The translations under genes and the position numbers were made by a program. A DNA stretch of 64,000 nucleotides from Azolla caroliniana. Its lineage: Eukaryota; Plantae; Polypodiophyta. This document shows positions 61,393 through 64,000 of the stretch, in pieces (positions within the stretch are counted from its first letter, which is position 1; every line of letters begins with the position of its first letter). The stretch is from contig JBHGNT010000007.1 of assembly GCA_043228905.1 (NCBI GenBank), positions 13,454,001-13,518,000 of the forward strand. Direction: 5' to 3'. The notes under the pieces are model-generated. The model was not told the DNA's origin, did not search any database, and saw nothing but the letters and a program-made list of their open reading frames with translations.

Positions 61393-63286
61393 TTTACTAG
61401 GGAGGATAAGAGGATTAATAAGAAGATAAAAGGAAAAGGAGGAAAGGAAGATCGATCAAAATTGGTTCAAACTGTTAGGAATAGTACTAAGACAGAGAAA
61501 GAATTAGTACTAAAAGAAGTATTAGTACTAAGAGAGGTGAAGAACTCTCGAGAGAAGGAAAGAGTGAGTGAGAGGGAGGGAGAGAGAGATCGAGAGAGAG
61601 AGAGAGATGATAAGAAAAGATATATATTATGTGAAGAGAATGTACAGTAGTAGTTAGGAGGCTTAAGACTGGCGTTGAACCGATTTGGTTCGAAATAATG
61701 CCTCGTGCCTCCTTTTATAGTGTTCTAAGGAATACTCCTGAAGTTTCTAGAATGTTCCAGAGAAATCTGGAATATACATCAATTTTCTATAATAAAACAT
61801 AAACGAAAATAATATTCTACGTAATACAATGTATAGTCTAATGGTCAAGAGCTCGACCCATGTAGCATAAGGTCATGGGTTCGAGTCTTGCCATATCATG
61901 ACAGCTGCCGACTACCAAAGTCTCTAGATCCAGTGTGAAGGATCCTCCTTGGGCCTCCCGTCTTTCTGACCTTATCCCGGGTCTTCCTTCTCTACATGTC
62001 GAGAGGGTGGCTCGCTCCACACCCTCGCCCGTGGTACCGATGTACCATGTTCCGGCCTCCCCGTAGGTCTGCCTCTTCTTCTCTTCCGGATCGGTTATCC
62101 GGAAGTTCGCTCTGTCCGGTTCTCATCCGGGTTCGTCCGTCACCCTCTGAATCGTCGGATCCTGTTCTCCTGCCGCAACCGTCAGTATCTTGGTCTTACG
62201 TCAGATCCGATGCCGACCGCCGAAGTCTCTAGCCCGGTGTGAGGTGACCCATAGGACCAGACTTCGTTTGCCTTTACTTCCGGATCGGTTGTATTGGCCG
62301 TGACCTCTGCGTCCTCGTTGCCACTTTCAGTCTCTTAGGTCTTCCGTTGGTTCTCGGACGCAACCGCCTAAGTCTCAGGATCGAGTGTGGAGGACCCATA
62401 TTTCAGTCAACCACCTCTTTCGTTTTCCCCCTCGCTGCCGTTGACCTTCTTTCTTGCGCTTCCCCACCATCTCCCTTCTCTTTCGGTCTCACGTTGCCAC
62501 GCCAGCTGAACTGCTGAAGTCTCCGGTCAAGATGTGGGGATACCGATTTTGTAACGACTACCGACGACTCGTTCGAGGCCACCGACCCTTTTAGTGGTGT
62601 CAGTGGAAAGTATCCGCTCTATGATCGATCAAGCCCCTCTTGGGCTTGATTCTCTAGGAGAAGCAAAAGAAAAAAAAGATTTTAGAGAAAAAGAAGCCAA
62701 AGGAAGAAAGAAAGAAGAATAGAAGAGACGACGATGAAGAAGATGAAGAAGAAGAAGAAGAAGAAGAGAGAAAAGAAGATATAAACCTGTCTTGACTATG
62801 AGTGTGATAATAGCAGAAGATAGAAGAAGAAGAAGAAGAAAACGAAGAAATGAGAAACCTATCATGAGTGTGATAATCGTGGACGATTCCTCAATCTATG
62901 AAGGCATAATTGTAAATAATTACAATTTGAAGTAGAACATTGTGATCCACACTTACACTGATTTATAGAATAGGGGAATGTCGACATCCATATTACTACA
63001 AGTATTTTAGGATGTGAAATGTTCAAATGTCTTATATACATTTTAGGATGTAGAACTATATTGTACATCACAAAATTCTGTAAACATAGATGTTTTTTAT
63101 AATATTATAGATATTTTTTAGAAAGGTAAATGATTTTCAAATTCTAGAAGTATTTAACGTACTATACGTAAAATATGTAAAATACATATTTTACATATTT
63201 TATAAGTATTTAACATATTAAGAAAACGTATTTAATGTATTTTTAAATTGGGAGGTACTATACGCGTATTAATATGTTATATACGT

Positions 63287-64000
63287 TGTCGTGAAGAAAA
63301 CCGCCCACAAGAGGAATCGGAGGAACAAGGCGTGGGAAACGGCTCTACACACACACGCGCGCCAAGAAGTACCTAAGGACGAAGTAGGTACATACGAGGA
63401 TCCTAGATGGGAAGATTCGGTTGGTATGCAGTCAATGCCAAACGGCCTCTTGACGGACTATAAAAAGGGAAGAGGAAGAAGAGAAGTGGCATCTCCCGCG
63501 GAGAGGACGAAGTGCTGCCGAACCGATTTCGGAGCTTCTCTCACACTCCGGCTTCTCTGTCTTCTGCTCCATCGCGTACCTGTGCAGGTTTCGAGGAGGC
63601 TTGCGCTGTTCCGTGGAACGCCCCGAGTGCGTCCTGCAGCACCTCCGACCTGTTTTCCCTTTCTGTGCGTCGCGACATACAGGGGTCGGCATCTGTTCGC
63701 TGCCTCGTTCGTTTTCGTTAGTATCTATTTTGTGCCCCACCGTGGGTTGTAACACTTTAGTCTGTTATTTTCTTGCATTCATAAGTACATATCTCTCGTT
63801 GTTGCGTCCATCTGCGTCGGCGTGTATTTGTGATCTCTGTTTGTTGGGCCGTGTCCCTGTGCAACCGTCGGTTCTGCGCAATCGGATCTTCGGTTCTGTG
63901 TAATCGGGTCTCTCTCTCTCTCTTACCCCTCTTTCTCTTGCTCTTCGGTTCGAGACCCCCGTGGTCCCTCCTCCTTTCTACACGCAAGGGCGTAGCAACC
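63287..64000 (+). repeat. X3: LTR of family X (opposite orientation, cut by the window end)
   Basis: Starts TGTCGTGAAGA (reverse complement of X1 ..TCTTCACGACA) and ends with the reverse complement of the X LTR motif GGGACCACGGGGGTCT. TATAAAA at ~63459. Preceded by ACGT. Confidence 0.78.

Larger units (their letters stand above)
56246..61903 (-). mobile_element. Tcn1-like chromovirus (Ty3/Gypsy) with chromodomain
   Basis: LTRs 56246-56692 and 61473-61903, TSD GCTGC (56241-56245, 61904-61908), PPT AAAGGGAGGATAG on minus at 56693-56705. Order gag-PR-RT-RH-INT-chromo. Confidence 0.94.
56066..62600 (-). mobile_element. X2 internal region (56066-56245 and 61909-~62600), split by the chromovirus
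   Basis: 56070-56172 aligns to X1 46833-46935. 61990-62040 aligns to X1 47095-47155. Confidence 0.7.

Noticed and set aside
61827-61903. Intact tRNA gene in the chromovirus LTR
   Set aside because: A/B boxes are present but the acceptor and anticodon stems do not pair.
62620-63286. GAA-rich then AT-rich tract as a gene or element
   Set aside because: Low complexity, with no supported ORF or TIR/TSD pair.

Overview
Eukaryotic plant nuclear DNA, probably from a fern or other seed-free plant (inferred from PPR style and the TE lineages). There are no prokaryotic features. Host genes occupy the first ~5 kb: the last exon of a DUF1218/MWL-like gene (+) and a convergent intronless PLS-E class PPR gene (-). 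These are followed by a LINE 3' fragment and a hAT-type MITE. From ~10.8 kb to the end is a retrotransposon pile-up that can be ordered by target-site duplications. Nest 1: Gypsy G2 > Copia B > [Copia A > (young Gypsy G1; RTE-like LINE in its 3' LTR)] and [Copia C > solo LTR of family X]. Nest 2: Gypsy G4 gag > X-family element X2 > [Gypsy G3 > gag-only X1] and [Tcn1-like chromovirus]. A further X LTR ends the window. The most unusual signal is that the three related non-chromovirus Gypsy elements (G1, G2, G3) have no polypurine tract. Two nt before the 3' LTR they instead carry a sense copy of the 3' end of tRNA-Arg: the T-arm, a fixed 13-nt hairpin inserted exactly after A58, then 17-18 nt ending in CCA. 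On the minus strand this is a second, inverted primer-binding site, suggesting tRNA-primed or tRNA-mimic-primed plus-strand synthesis. Other points of interest: a large conserved extra ORF in these elements, an LTR family with 4-bp CpG-centred target sites, and a chromovirus with a self-priming PBS, a -1 frameshift cassette, heat-shock elements and tRNA-like A/B boxes in its LTR. All coordinates were read by eye, and tRNA identities come from remembered plant tRNA sequences and need a database check.
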